A stretch of 64,000 nucleotides of DNA from Euglena gracilis (GCA_039621445.1 CP154954.1:24440954-24504953); one strand, 5' to 3'. Shown: positions 49,819-63,084, counted from the stretch's first letter. Notes: generated by a model from the letters alone, not told the origin. Numbers and translations are program-made.

Positions 49819-52356
49819 TCTTTCAGTTACCCCCTGCACTGCAAAATAAATTATTAAATTATTCCTCCAGTTATTCGTAATTTAAATTGTTTTGTTTTCC
49901 GGACAAACAGCATTCTGGTGGTGTGCTTTTGCGTGTGCGTGCATGCGGCACCGCCTGCCTGCACCATCAACCGCCGCCTGCTTCTCCAGGAGGAAAAGGA
50001 GATGGTCCATTCCCCGGACGCCCAGGGTCACCCTCCGCCAAAGGAGCGGCGGAACGCCATCACCTTTGTCCTCCCAGCGGAGCCCCGGCTCCCCTGCACC
50101 AAGGGGTTCCGCGACCTCCCATTTGTGTTTGCCAGAGTTGCTGCCGTGCGCTTTGCTTCCAAAAACCTTGCGGGCTATTGAGTGTGTATGTGTATGATTT
50201 TTTTTATGACCTGTTTGCCCCTGTTCATTTGCCACGCCTCGGTGTTCAGGGAGGTAATTGAGATATGGATCATAGAGCCGAACATCAAAAACATTTTCCA
50301 TCGACCATTCTGCATTCCTGATGATGCACCCACACGCTGAAGCAATGGGGAAAGAATTGGAAGAATTGGCAGAACGCATGTGGACATTGGAGATTCCCAT
50401 GGCCGATGGCGATGTCCTTTCTGGACATGGACACAGGGTTGCTTCCTGATTTTGGCTGGGTTGCAGTGGGGTCTGGGAGAGCAGCCCCCCTCCCTGTGCC
50501 CTAGCAGAGGCCACCCCCTTCCTCTGCGGTGCACTTCCTGCAGAAGTGGGTCGAACCCCGACCGCCGCCGCACGCCAGCCGCATCGTCCCAGGCCATACA
50601 ACATACCGCACACAACATTGGAATATTGCTGGTATTCACTACCCCACAGGTGGACGAGTGACTGACTGATCCCCTTATGCAGTCACTGACTGCTTTTTTT
50701 TAAATACTTCAGGGTCCCTCCCCGAGCTTAATGCGGATTTACAACGAAAGTTGGGCTCTGCTTTTGACTTGCGCTGCTGCCTTTCCCATGCGGCACTGTG
50801 TTCTCCCCAACGCAGGGTGCGGTTGATGGATCACCCTCCGGTCATGCAAACAGCCAGTGTGCCCGCCCACCCGCCATCGGTATCAAGTGGATGCCCCGGC
50901 TGCACTGCCCTCGACGGCTGCGTTCTGCCGTGGGTTCAGTGCTTGTTCTGAGCAGGCCATTGGCCCTGCTGGCAGGCTCGATGGCCCGGGCTGTTGTCCC
51001 CCCCCCCCGTTTGAGGGGAACCCCCACCCCCTTGCCACCTCCAGGCCAAGCACTTTCAGTGACAAATCCAGACGATTTCACCAAGGTTTTCGCAGCATGG
51101 AAGAGATTGGGTTGTGATCCGGCCATTCCCAACAAATAAAAGGAGGGCTGCACGTCCAAAACCTTTTGGATGTGCAGCTCATATCAATCTGTCTCCGTGG
51201 TTCTTCCCCTGAGAGTGTTGTTTCTTTCCCTTCGCTGGCATCTCTTTTGTGGTTAAATGGGCCCGTCTTATTACAGGAAGAATATTTCCCCTCCCCCCAA
51301 TTGGCCACCAAAATATTGCATTGTTCACCTGACACATAAGCGATTCCCCCAAAGTTAGCCCTCAAACTGGCTCAGGGAAAGCCTGGGGAGGGGTTGGCTG
51401 ATTTCAAGCCCTGGCACTCAACCACACATTCATTTAGCTTTGTGGGGCCCCTCCCTCCTGATTTATTTGAAGACTGTTTGGTGGTTTTTTTTTTTTTTTG
51501 CTGGCGCCAGGAGGAGAGGGGAGTTCCCCCACCCACCGAAGCCCGGTCTGGGACCACCCATGTTGGGGGGGGGTCCAGCCCCAGACCCACCCACCCACCC
51601 ACCCACCCCCACACAGGGGAGGTCTGCTGAGTTAAACAGAAGGCCCCACCAACCCACAACATTAGAAACATAAAACGGATTGTAAAATCCCCCGAATAAG
51701 TGCTGTGTGGCTGTGTGCATTTTAAGGAAGTATTTTGGACCCCAAGGGGTGCGCACTTATTAGGGCACTGCGCACTTATTAGGGCAAAGCACAAAATACT
51801 TGATTTTGCACCACTCTTTCCATTTTTTCTCCTTCTTGTAATGTCAAGCAAGAAGTCAAGTGATTATCTGTCAAAGTTTTGGGCTTGGACGATAGAAAAA
51901 TTTGGTCCGAGAAGGACAGTTCTGAGAATTGTGTGTGTCTTTCTGACCTGAGATGTGACAGTGATTTCTCCTTTGGGGGATGTGAACTTTTTAGGGGGGT
52001 AGTTTTGTACCCTTGTGGGGGGGTGTAATTACCCCCCCCCCCTTATTGTCCCCCCCCCATCATAATTATTAATACGCCACAGCCAACAGTCTTCACACAT
52101 CTAAGATTCATCTCAGATGAATAATAGTATATGTGCCCTCTCTCCCTGAGTGTGTGTCTCCAACTCCTCCAGTGGGCGTTTGGTACGCTCCCCACCTACA
52201 CCATACTAGCTGGGAGGCAAATCTCAACAGTGGATACATTTTGTGCTGTTCTGGCATTGTAGAATTTTGCGGCATCAGGCGCAGCTGTAACAGTTCATAC
52301 AGAGTCAAGTGCGCACCCCCCGGGGGGTGCTGTGGGCATGTGCACCTCAAATAGCC

Positions 52357-53102
52357 GATTTTGCCACTGCAGCTTGGACGTAACCACGCCAAAGGTGGGC
52401 ACATTCACACCGACACCAACACCCCCCAGCATTGGCAAGGCGTGTTGGTTTGGACAGCAGTGTCTATACCCTGTATCAGCACCCAGCCAACTGGTGGGGA
52501 TACACCCAAAAAGTGCAGCCCACAGAGAAGGGCACCCCATGGGGAGGGCGGGGCAGACCCACGGGGGAACAGCGCATGTGCAAGTCTGGTATGGGATGCT
52601 GGTGGAGGACCACCTCCTGCCCATATGCCCATCCCATTGAGAACAGCAATGGGAGAACACAACGCAAGAACTGGGAACCACAAGAGCACAGAGCCCAGAG
52701 GGGGTCCAAAGAGTCAGGGAAGCAGTAGCAGCAGCAGCCCAGCAAGCAGCGGCGGAAAGTATTTCCTTCCCAGGGGGACCCGGAGGGCCGTGGTGGTAAA
52801 AAGGGCCCACTGCCGGTGACACCGGTACCCGCTGGCATGCAGTGGAGGAGTAGGCCCCTTACCACCGTAAACACCTCTTGGGAACGAAATCGAGCAGCAA
52901 CAGAAGCGGCGGCAGCAGCAAGTGTAGGAAAGATAAGCCAAAAACCCAAGGGAGAGGTGAATTGCAAGGAAAACACAAAAACGGAAGTTTGCAGTCCCAG
53001 TGAATATGGGGTTGGACAATTATTGGGAGTTGCTCCGAAGAAAGGGCCAGAAGCGGAATGCAGCGCCAGGCCTTGAACCAGACGGAAGCCAAAGTGCATC
53101 TA
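52357..53102 (+). mobile_element. Solo 5'-truncated copy of the PLE 3' end
   Basis: Colinear with 49008-49812 and ends at nearly the same point (GCCAAAGTGCATCTA). Confidence 0.85.
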
Positions 53103-54569
53103 CGGAGGTGCTGTGGGCAGGTAGGGTGGTAGGGCAATTTCGACCCCACTGGTAGTAGCACACCCTGTAGCACACCCCCAATGCCTTCGGCGCCGGAGAC
53201 CCGTAAATGGCCATTTTCAAGGGAAATTTGCCTGGGTCGGCAAGTGACCCTCCCTGGGGTGTGTGCCTGCTAAGGGCAGGCAGCCCATAGGACAAGGCAC
53301 CCTCCTCCCCCCTGGGGTTGGTAAAAAGAAGCCCGGTTGGAACACATTTCCTACCATAGAAGCCTGTGCCAGTTAGTCAAAACTGGTGTCATCCTCCTGG
53401 GTTGCGTCTCTCCCCCACCCTGCCACGGAAGCAGGCCGCGTTGTTTCCACGGAATTCTGCCTCAGGTCTCTTCCGTCACCATTGCCTGCCACAGTGTTGG
53501 CGTCCTGCAGAGTGCTTGCTTCCGGCCCCTGAATCGCCTTCTGTCCCAGTTCCCAGTTCCATTGCTGTCCCCACCTCCACCTCTTCCGTCTCCGAACGAA
53601 GAGATACGTGTTGGCGGCCTCCTTTCCAGCCCCTGTTTGACGTGCTCCCATCTGTCACCCGTGACGGCATGACAATTATGTCGAGGTTCCGACCAGGCTC
53701 AACGTGAGACCGACCCCATCCTGGGGGACCTGCTTGGGCAGGCACTCTGACACCCACACCGACACCACCCAGGGGAGTTGGACACGGCCAACGTTGGTCC
53801 AGGCACTGCTGTGCCAGATCCTCCAGGAATGAATAATATTTTTGTGGCGATTTTCCACGTAGGTGCGACCAGTCCGACCCCCCCCCAGGCCTTCCCATAT
53901 TTTCGGGGGCACCGTTTTTTTTTCGGCGCGAAAGGAATTCTCTTTGAGCAGGTGCCATGGTGGGTGTCGACCCAACCCCCCACCTCCCGGGTGGAGGGTC
54001 CGACCCCCCCCCCCGCCAGGCCTCCCATACAGCCCTGACGACCCCCCAAAAGTATTTCCTGCGCTTTGTGCCTCCCCTCGTACAATCATTTAGTCACTGG
54101 CCGACCCCCCCCCTGGGGGAGACGACTGGTTTTTTCAGAATGATTGACTAGTTTTCATCCCGGACCCCCTCCCCCGGGGGGGGGGTTGGCAAAAAAACCA
54201 TTCCAGTGACCTGGCCCCGAAGGCGTCGGAATTTTTTTTGCTTTTTTTCACATTTGTGGTCAATTTTCCTTTTTGGATTTCAGAGTGACGCCCCCCCCCC
54301 CCCGGGGGGGATAGCGGGGGGGGGAGGTAGTGACTGACTGATTTTCCAAAAAAAAAACAGTGATTGACTGGTTTTGGGAAGAGTGGGAGTGACCCCGCTT
54401 GGGGGTCGAAAATTGTCTGGCCCCCCTCCCATGGGATTGGTCAAATTTAGTCTGACTCCAACAGCCATGGGCTTCTCATCAGTTGCAGTGCACAGCAGTT
54501 GGCCAGATTCTTGCTGGTTAAAGGGGAACCCTCCCACTTATAAACCCCCCACATTTATAACTCCCCCTC

Positions 54570-57065
54570 TTAGGCAGTGCATCTCGCACTTAAGGGTTTT
54601 TGGTCGATTTGCGCATTTGCGCAAACCGACCAAATTTTTGATTTTGGCACCGGCGTTGCAAGGGGGAGAGCGCGAGGCGACAGGTGGACAATGAATCCGG
54701 CAGAATTTACATTTTTGGCCACAGCGGTCCCACAAATTGCTTTGTTTTTTAGCTGCTTTTTTGGTGGTCGGCATGCCAGGAAAACCCCCGGACCTACCCC
54801 CCTAAATGAAATATCAACCGGCAAAATCAGCAAAACCCCAGTACCGCCTCCCTCCTTTTTGTGCGATGCAGCTCTCCTCGCCGGCTTTTGGCGACCCTGA
54901 CTGGCTCCCTCCGGGGGTTTTGGCGCACTTTTTGTTTTCGCCGGCCTCGGATTTGTGCCTTTGGACGTTTGCCGGAGTGCGGGGAACAAGCATGGGGGGC
55001 TAGGGTGGGTCCAATCACACCGCCGGCCAAGAACGCAGAAAGGAAGGCGTGCCTGGGGATTTTGTTGAACAAAGAAAGAAGGTCGATGTGCGCAATTTCG
55101 CCCATCGACCATTGTACAGTTCCCCCGAAGAACGGCCATAAATACCAGATAATTCACACTTCTGAAATTGATGTGACAAATACCGTGAGTTTTGGGCAGA
55201 TGATGAGGTCGGTTTGCGCAAATGCGCACATCGACCACATGTGCGCATTTGCGCAAACAGACCTCACGTCCATTTATGAGAAGGGTCAACTATCATGGAC
55301 TGTAAACTGACCTCGCTGCCTAGAGCCTTTTGAAACAACAATAACTGGAAGAGCTTACAACGCAGCTTTGCTCCGAAAACAGACAGAAACGCACTGAAAA
55401 ACACCTGTATCAAGTACCAGGTGAGAATAAAAAAAGTGGTCAGTTTGCGCAAATGCGCACGTGTTTGGCGTTTACACATTTTCAAACACCGACCACATGT
55501 GTAAAGATGGACGTCGTCGGAGTGCGAAATGGGCACACCATGACGACGTGCGCATTTGCGCACACCGACCACGATAGTAAATTAAAAGACAGAACACATC
55601 AAACACGACCTCAAACACTACCTGCAATGGCTTCTTCGGTGTGCAATTTACTCAGCTGCCAAACACTCTCCTCCACCATGGGGCTTTTTTTAAGGGAAAA
55701 AAGTGACAAAGTGACAGGCAGGGTTTGATATAAGGAGGGCGTACATGGTTTAGGTGGGGGGGTGTCCCCCCCCCCCCCCCCCCTCCTGGCCCGCAGGGGG
55801 GGTCCGGACCACCCCCCCCACCTGTCCTTATATCGAACCCTGGTGACAGGCCCAGGTCCATCTAGAGACCGTAGACCTCTGGTAGGTGGCCTGCCGCTGG
55901 CACGTCGCCGGCACACGTGCAGCGGCGCCATTGGGCATGGGGTGGCCATCGAAAACACCCACAACTTGCCCCCTGGTTTGTGTTTTGCTGCAACGGTCAC
56001 ATCAGGTGATGATAGGGGGTTGCATTTAAGCTTTCACAAGGCCGTCATTAACCCCCCGGTTCAGCAGCAGCCACCGAGATGGCGTTGTTGTCCCCCACAA
56101 CCGGGACGGCAGACTGGGGAGGCGGACATGCTGCTGGTCCATGGAAACAATGGAAAATCGGAGCGTCTTAAATGTGGCCACAAAACTCATTGTTTTGGAG
56201 GGAGAGAATATTTAATGGTTACACCTGGTTGGGTTGCGTGAAAGAACTGGGACTGGGCACCCTGATATTGTGCACAAAAACTGGTGCGTTGCATGTTTTC
56301 TGAGGAAAAAACGAGGCATCAGTGTGGCAAAAGCAGAATAATGACTCCCGGTTGGGGAAACAGGAGGATTACACACACGTAATTTTGAAATTCTGTAAGT
56401 CGTTGTTTTTTTCAGAAAAGTGTACAGCAATCTTGGGGGGGGGGGTTACACGTCATCAACTCCTCCCGCGCAACTCCCAAACTGATGACGCAAAAACGAT
56501 CGGTTGTGCCGGTTAGAGATAAGACATGCAAAAACTTGCCCTTGGAGAGAACAAATTTTCTCCCGTCATTTAGTGTGTTCTACTGTGTGTTTTGCATAAT
56601 ATAAACCAGAATTTCGTCACCACACAATGGCTTCAAAAGTATTGCATCCGCAATGGTCGGTGTGCGCAAGTGCGCATATCAACTGTTCTGGACGAAGAGC
56701 ACTGCGTAATACGGAGTTAAAACAAAGGTACATTTATAAGCCACCGTTCTTTGGCACACATTGCAAGCAGTACCCATTCAAAATCCTTGGACAAACTTTA
56801 CTTCTGAAACCAAGAAAAGGTGTGTCTTGTGTTTCATGTGGTATTATAAAAAAACGTGGAGTATATTTTACAAATTTTAAGTGGTCGGTTTGCGCAAATG
56901 CGCACATCAACCATTCACAGATTTTCACAGATACCAACCACACCATTCACAGATACCAACCACACGCGCATTTTGTGCTGGTGGTTGATGTGCGCATTTG
57001 CGCACATCGACCACTTATTTATTTTTTTGATGGTCGATGTGCGCATTTGCTCACACCGACCATCA
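54570..57065. repeat. Element with GGTCGATGTGCGCATTTGCGCACATCGACC palindrome clusters (more copies at 58383 and 59122-59200)
   Basis: About ten copies at 54602-55570 and 56655-57061. Core homologous to 35800-36620. Confidence 0.7.
55719..55842. mobile_element. 124-bp hAT-like MITE, short form of 11286-11713
   Basis: Same TIRs. Perfect 8-bp TSD GTGACAGG. Confidence 0.9.
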
Positions 57066-60000
57066 ACAAACAAATAAGTGTTTGAACCAGAAAAAGGTCG
57101 ATCCGGATTGCTCACAGCCACGACGCCCAATGAATTGAAATGAAGGAAGGAAATAAACTCCAACATGCCTAAAAAACAGAATGAGCGGTGTAAACAAGAA
57201 TATTTATCCCCAGTAATGAGCATTGTCAATCCTGCATTTGGGAGGGAAGGACGTTGCATTTTGGGGAAATGGCTTTGAGCTGAACTTTCTTCTGGTATTT
57301 TGAGGAAATTTTCCAGTATTGGAAAGAAATTATCGAAAACTACCCACTCTCCACTTGTAAACACCCCGGGATTTATAAGGTCTGGCTGGTTTGGTCAGCT
57401 GAAGGGGGGCTATAAACGGGGGGGGGGGTATTTTTTTGTCGCTGAGCTCTTCTCTCTTTAGAGTAAGAGCGGAGCTTACCACCAAAAAGGGGGGGGCGTA
57501 GTAATGCAAACCATCGATTATCACCATGACCCCGGCCCCGTTCCCGGAATTTTCTTTCAGCCACAAGCGACTGGATCCTGGCTTTCCGAAGCACCTCCGT
57601 TTGACCTTAACTAAAGGTTCCAAACTTACGATTTACCAACCCCGCCAGCTTCGACTCTACCATTAAAAGAAAACATACATCAGACCAAGTGAGTCGCGGG
57701 AGAGCATGTATGGCCCCCCATTCGCCGTTCTGGCCGCCAACACACCTGGCGCATGTTCCGGCTCGGTTTTGTGGTCCAAACAATTGTTTTTAAACTTGCT
57801 CAACAATGAACCATATCTATAGGCATTTTGATTGCCCCGGGCCAATTTAGGTACGCTACTGTGTGTTTTTTTTTTTTGGCTTGTTTTGAGTTGGTGCTTT
57901 TTTTGGGCCCTATCGGAGTCAAAAAAAATCGAAAATTTCAAAATATATACAACATGATGGGGAAGGAAAGCAAATCACTGGGGACATAACACGAAGCCCT
58001 GGGGCCCATCCATCGCCTCGTATAAACCGCCAGGGCCAGCTGCGCACCCGTGCCGGGCCGGCCGGGCTGGGTTGGGCGGGGCCGCCGGGCTGCCAGGCTG
58101 GGCCTTCAGGCAGGTGAAGAGCTCAGCACTGCACACAACCTGGTTTTAAACCAACCTCCCAAAATGACCCCCAAACCGCCCAAAGTGGCAAATTCAGGCA
58201 AAATTTGTCAAACCTGGCACTTTTGATGATGGGCGGTCAAATGAAAATCGGTTTCGGGAGGTTTTGCGACCAAAAAAATCATCCCCGGCGTCTTCCGGTT
58301 ATGAACCAAGGTTTGGTTGTTCAGACGGCGGTTTATGTAGGGGCTTAGGCGGCGCATCTCGCACTTAAAGGGTAATTTCTTTGTCGATGTGCGCATTTTG
58401 CGCAAATCGACATTTTTTGTGAATTCCTTGTAGCGCCGACTGTGCCTGGTGAAACAGCAATGTATGAGGTTTACACCTCACAATACAGGTTAGGAAACAA
58501 GCTTTGGGTGATGAGGTGTGGGTATTCATCCAATGACGATGAGGACACTAGGGTTTTCAGAGACCCCGCATCGAATCCCACTCCCCTGGTCACAAGGAAG
58601 AGGCACCATGGCTGACATTGTTGGTTATGGTGAACAGAGAGTGACGCCTTCCTGCATTTTTTTTGGCCAAAAATGCCTTCATTTCAGTTGTTTTTTGGTG
58701 GTTTTGGTTTAATTTTGGGCTCATTATTGGAAATTTTTCTAAGTCCTTTTTCCCTTAGGAATGTACAAACTCAGCGCATTTTTTTGCGCATTTTTTGCGC
58801 ATTTTTGCGCATTTTTGCGCATTTTTTCCGAGGGCCGCCCAGCGCATTCCCCCCCCCCCCTGGCGACAGATTGGTGTTGTTGTCTGTAAAACAGGTGGGT
58901 TGTACACCCTGGCTGTTGCGTCGATGGGTATTGGTGTGTCCGTGCTGCCTGTAATGATGGATGTTGCAAACCTGTTTGAAGGGGGCCGACTATCCACCAT
59001 TTGGACAACGTGATGTGATGGTAAATTAGGCGACGATTGTGGCATAAAAAAACTTCAGAATTCTGCTGCTATCAGACCGATCAAAATGTTGCGTCTAGCG
59101 ATGACACATATGAAGTGAGGGGGTCGATGTGCGCATTTGCGCACATCGACCACATGTATATTTTGTGTAAGGGTTGGTGTGCGCATTTGCGAACGTCGAC
59201 AAGTCTTATGTTAGTCCGCATCGATGCTGTTGCCTGGACGTCGCCCAACCACTGCATTTCTGGCCGCCCCATACCACCCCCGCAGCAACCCCGGCCCACC
59301 TAACGCGCGTGGCCTCAGCCCAGGCCTATACTGCATCCCGTCCGTGGTCGGGGGCAGGGGACCTGCTCCATTATGTGGGTGGCGCGCTCGTCCCTCGCGT
59401 TCATTCTGTGATGCCCCGCGCGTGGTATGTCCCTCACATGCCCAACTCCCACAGCATGGTTTGAAGCACTCTTGTCAACTGACAGCACAACTGGTGTGGT
59501 TTGTTCATGAATTGTGCAGGATTCCAATCACGCAGAAATCACAACCTCATATCCCCTCCGGATGCACAACATGAATCACCACATCGTTTGGGAATATCCA
59601 GCTGCAAATGTTTAGCATTCAGGTCAGTGAGTGTGCACAGCAAGGATTCCTCTCTCAGAAGTGTATGAGGCACGCTTTCCTTCCCAAGGAGATTGAATTC
59701 ACAAAAAGTTTGGCTCAGTACAGTCCTTCCGGCTTGTCAGATTTTGGGGTTTGGGTGTCCTCACCCACCTCCACCCCTCTTTTGAGTCCATTCTTTTGGC
59801 TGTCCAGAAAATTTGGAGCTACAATAGTTTTCATCATTTGATGCATGATTACTGCAGTTGGTGGTACCAGCCCTGCACCTGCAGGCACTGCCCCTACAGG
59901 ACGTGCACTGACTGACCTGTCTGACATGTGCAGCGTGTGTCCCAGGTTTGCTCTATTCATATCCTTCAATTTCAACCGGATTTTCCTCAATCACAGGTAA

Positions 60001-62282
60001 ATCGTTGTAACCAAAGAGATCAAACTGCACAATTTCTGGTTTTCTGGTTGGTTTTTCTCTCGTTTCTTTTGTCAGATCCACTGCAGATTCGGCAGATTTA
60101 GCTTGCTGATTTTGTTGCAATTTTTTCCGCTCCTGCTGTTCCATTCCAAGTTCGCTGCACTGCTGTTGCAGTAAAACTCCCACCTGCTGTTTCATCTTTC
60201 ATCGAATTTTCCATTTCCGCCCGGATTTTCAGTGTCTGGGTGGAGGGTCGTGTGACCTCGCCATGGAGGTGGCCGGGGGGGGGGGGGGCACAGAAAATAG
60301 GCACTGCAAAAAATTCCCAAAGAACTGCAAATTGTGTGTAAAAAAAAATCGACCTTTCGACACCAAATTTGAGCTGGGCGGCCCTGATCGACGGGGGTGG
60401 GGGGGCTACTGGGCTGCTCTGGTTAGGTTCCAATTTGACCCGGAGCCCTACTGATGGTTGGGGTGCAATTTTACCATTACAGTTTAGAGCCAAAGCTTCG
60501 GGGCACCAACCCCCAAAACTTGTTTTTCAACAAATTTTCCGCACAGCCAGGCTGCTCCAGACCAAAACGTCCACGGATGTAGGCCAAGGACAGTTGTTTG
60601 AGGCTGCTTTGCCATGCATCTCGTTACGGACCCTGGAGGGGGGTTGCTGGAAGGGGGCTGGAAAGTTGGGCGGTCTAGCCTAGCCCCCCCCCCCCCCCCC
60701 CGGGAGGGGGCTGGACCCTGGCTGGATGTGAGATGGACCAGGTTGGGCCGAAATTGGACAATTGTCCAAACATGACCTGCAAAACACAGTTAATGAGCAT
60801 TCGACCCCCCCCCCCGATGAAACCTCCAAAACGCTCAAAAACACCAATTTTGGCCATTTTTGAACATTTTTCCCCAAAAAAATTTGGCGCTTTGCGCCAA
60901 AAATTCTTGGGCTGGACCCAGCAAAAACGGGATTGCTACCCCCCCCAAATAAGACCTGGGTTTATTTTTATTTTGGGTCTGTTGCTGGAAACCTCCAAGG
61001 GGGTCTTATTTTTTGATATTTATTTGACCGACCAAAACCCGAAAAAAAAAACACGAAAACACATCCTTCAGGTTCCCAAAAACACTAAATTTTTCTCCGG
61101 CGCGTTGCGCCATGTGTAAATTGCTATGAATGAACATTTAGCATGTTTATCTGCACTTCAAAATACTCAAATCTTCAAAACTTTATCATTTTGTGTCTGA
61201 AATTTGGGTTTTTGGTAATTTTTCAGGGAAAATTTCATCCGCCCCAGCGCTTCAGGGGGACCTTTTTGGGGGGCCTGAATTTGTATTTTTTTTTGGCCCA
61301 AGGTGGGCTTTTTGGGGGATTTTGCGGGATTTGGGGAATTTTATTTTGAGTGGTGTTATTTTTGGGGAGGGGTAGCAGGGCTAGCAGCACCCCCAGGGAG
61401 GGGGTGCCGCTGCGTCTGGGCTGGGCCAAAACCGGGGCCTGGCAGCAGCCCTCTGGGGGGATTTGCCAAATTGTAAAGAGATGTATGTGCCCCATAATAA
61501 TCTACCACAACCACTGCCACTGCCAGTGCTGCTACAATGATGCTGTGCTCTGTTGTCCTAGAAGTAATCCGCATAACAGACACCCGATGGAGGGAGCAGA
61601 AAGGTCTAAGTTTTGGAGTATACATATTTGTTTGCTACCCAAATAAAAACGCATGAGAGGAATACCTCCTGTCTTTCTGTCTGCAAGGGGGTATATGCAA
61701 CAAAGCCCCTCAAAATATGCAAATACGCAGATGCACTTTTATGTTGGAGAGGACATAATTTTTTCATCTCCTTCAGAAAAAAATCACTTTGCAACATTAA
61801 TGCATTTGGTGTGCAATACGGTGCATGTTTTTGGACAATCAGACAATTATTCAGATTTTTCTGTAACAGGACGCATAAAAGCATAAACAAAACAGTGTCT
61901 TTAACAAGTATTCGAAAATGCCAAAAAACAGATCAAAAAAATGCGCAAAAACTGCACAAAAAAAGCACACCAAAAGAAAGAGTGGTGCAAACTTGCAAAA
62001 TGACATTGGTTTGCCCAGCTTGCTTGAACTCATATTTCATTATGCAATGATTTTCACTGTTTCAGTTTCTGTGTAGAACTGGTCAAAAACTTTGAATTTT
62101 GCAACTTCCAGTTGTCTGGGAGTAGAGCTGTTTGCCTGCACCTTCCCCTTGTCCTTGACACGCCAAAATATATCGGGAAGGTGCAGTTGACGGGGGGGGG
62201 GTGTCATGGACACACCGTGCCATATGTACTGTACCATAAAAAAATGGAATTTGGGTACGGGAAAATGCGGTTGACACGGGGG

Positions 62283-62736
62283 CAAGCACCTATGATATGA
62301 CTGGGCGTGACTGGGCGTGACTGGGTTCGAGGACCCTGAAAGGTGCGGTGACTTGACGTGACTGGGCGTGACTGGTTGATTAGATGTGCTTGAATAAATT
62401 TCCTGTTTCTTCAGCCATTTCTAAACGCCATGCATCCATGCGTACTGTTGCTGATTGGGTTCTTTGGGCCCAAAATGAAGGATTTACTGATATTGTTGAA
62501 GGTCCTCCCACACTGTCACCACAACATTTTTCATTGACCGCCATCTCTTTTCCATCAAACTGCATGACTGAGTTGCAGACCCGAGAGACCCTCACTTATT
62601 TTGTTGCTTTGCAAAATTCTAGGCATCATGTCTGTTTGAAGCTTGGATGACTGGGATTTCTCTTAGCGTGACTGGGCGTGACTGGGCGTGATTGGGCGTG
62701 ACTGGGTTTGGGATCCTGGATGACCATAGGTGCTTG
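62283..62736. mobile_element. hAT-like element with (GACTGGGCGT)n arrays
   Basis: TIR CAAGCACCTATG / CATAGGTGCTTG. 8-bp TSD CACGGGGG. Confidence 0.9.
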
Positions 62737-62769
62737 CACGGGGGGGGGGGGTACTGTTGCTGCTTACTA

Positions 62770-63084
62770 CATCCATGCGTACTGTTGCTGATTGGGTTCT
62801 TTGAGCCCAAAATGAAGGATTTACTGATATTGTTGAAGGTCCTCCCACACTGTCACCACAACATTTTTCATTGACCGCCATCTCTTTTCCATCAAACTGC
62901 ATGACTGAGTTGCAGACCCGAGAGACCCTCACTTATTTTGTTGCTTTGCAAAATTCTAGGCATCATGTCTGTTTGAAGCTTGGATGACTGGGATTTCTCT
63001 TAGCGTGACTGGGCGTGACTGGGCATGATTGGGCGTGACTGGGTTTGGGATCCTGGATGACCATAGGTGCTTGCACGGGGGGGG
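62770..63084 (+). repeat. Tandem duplication of the right half of the 62283 element including TIR and TSD
   Basis: Near-identical to 62433-62747. Confidence 0.9.

Noticed and set aside
54602-57061. CRISPR-like array of ~30-bp palindromic repeats
   Set aside because: Spacing is highly irregular, orientation is mixed, there are no cas genes and the context is eukaryotic.
59600-60200. Gln-rich and Cys-rich minus-strand peptide (CTSCRGSACRC)
   Set aside because: Interrupted by stops and not assignable to a family; possibly a relic but unsupported.
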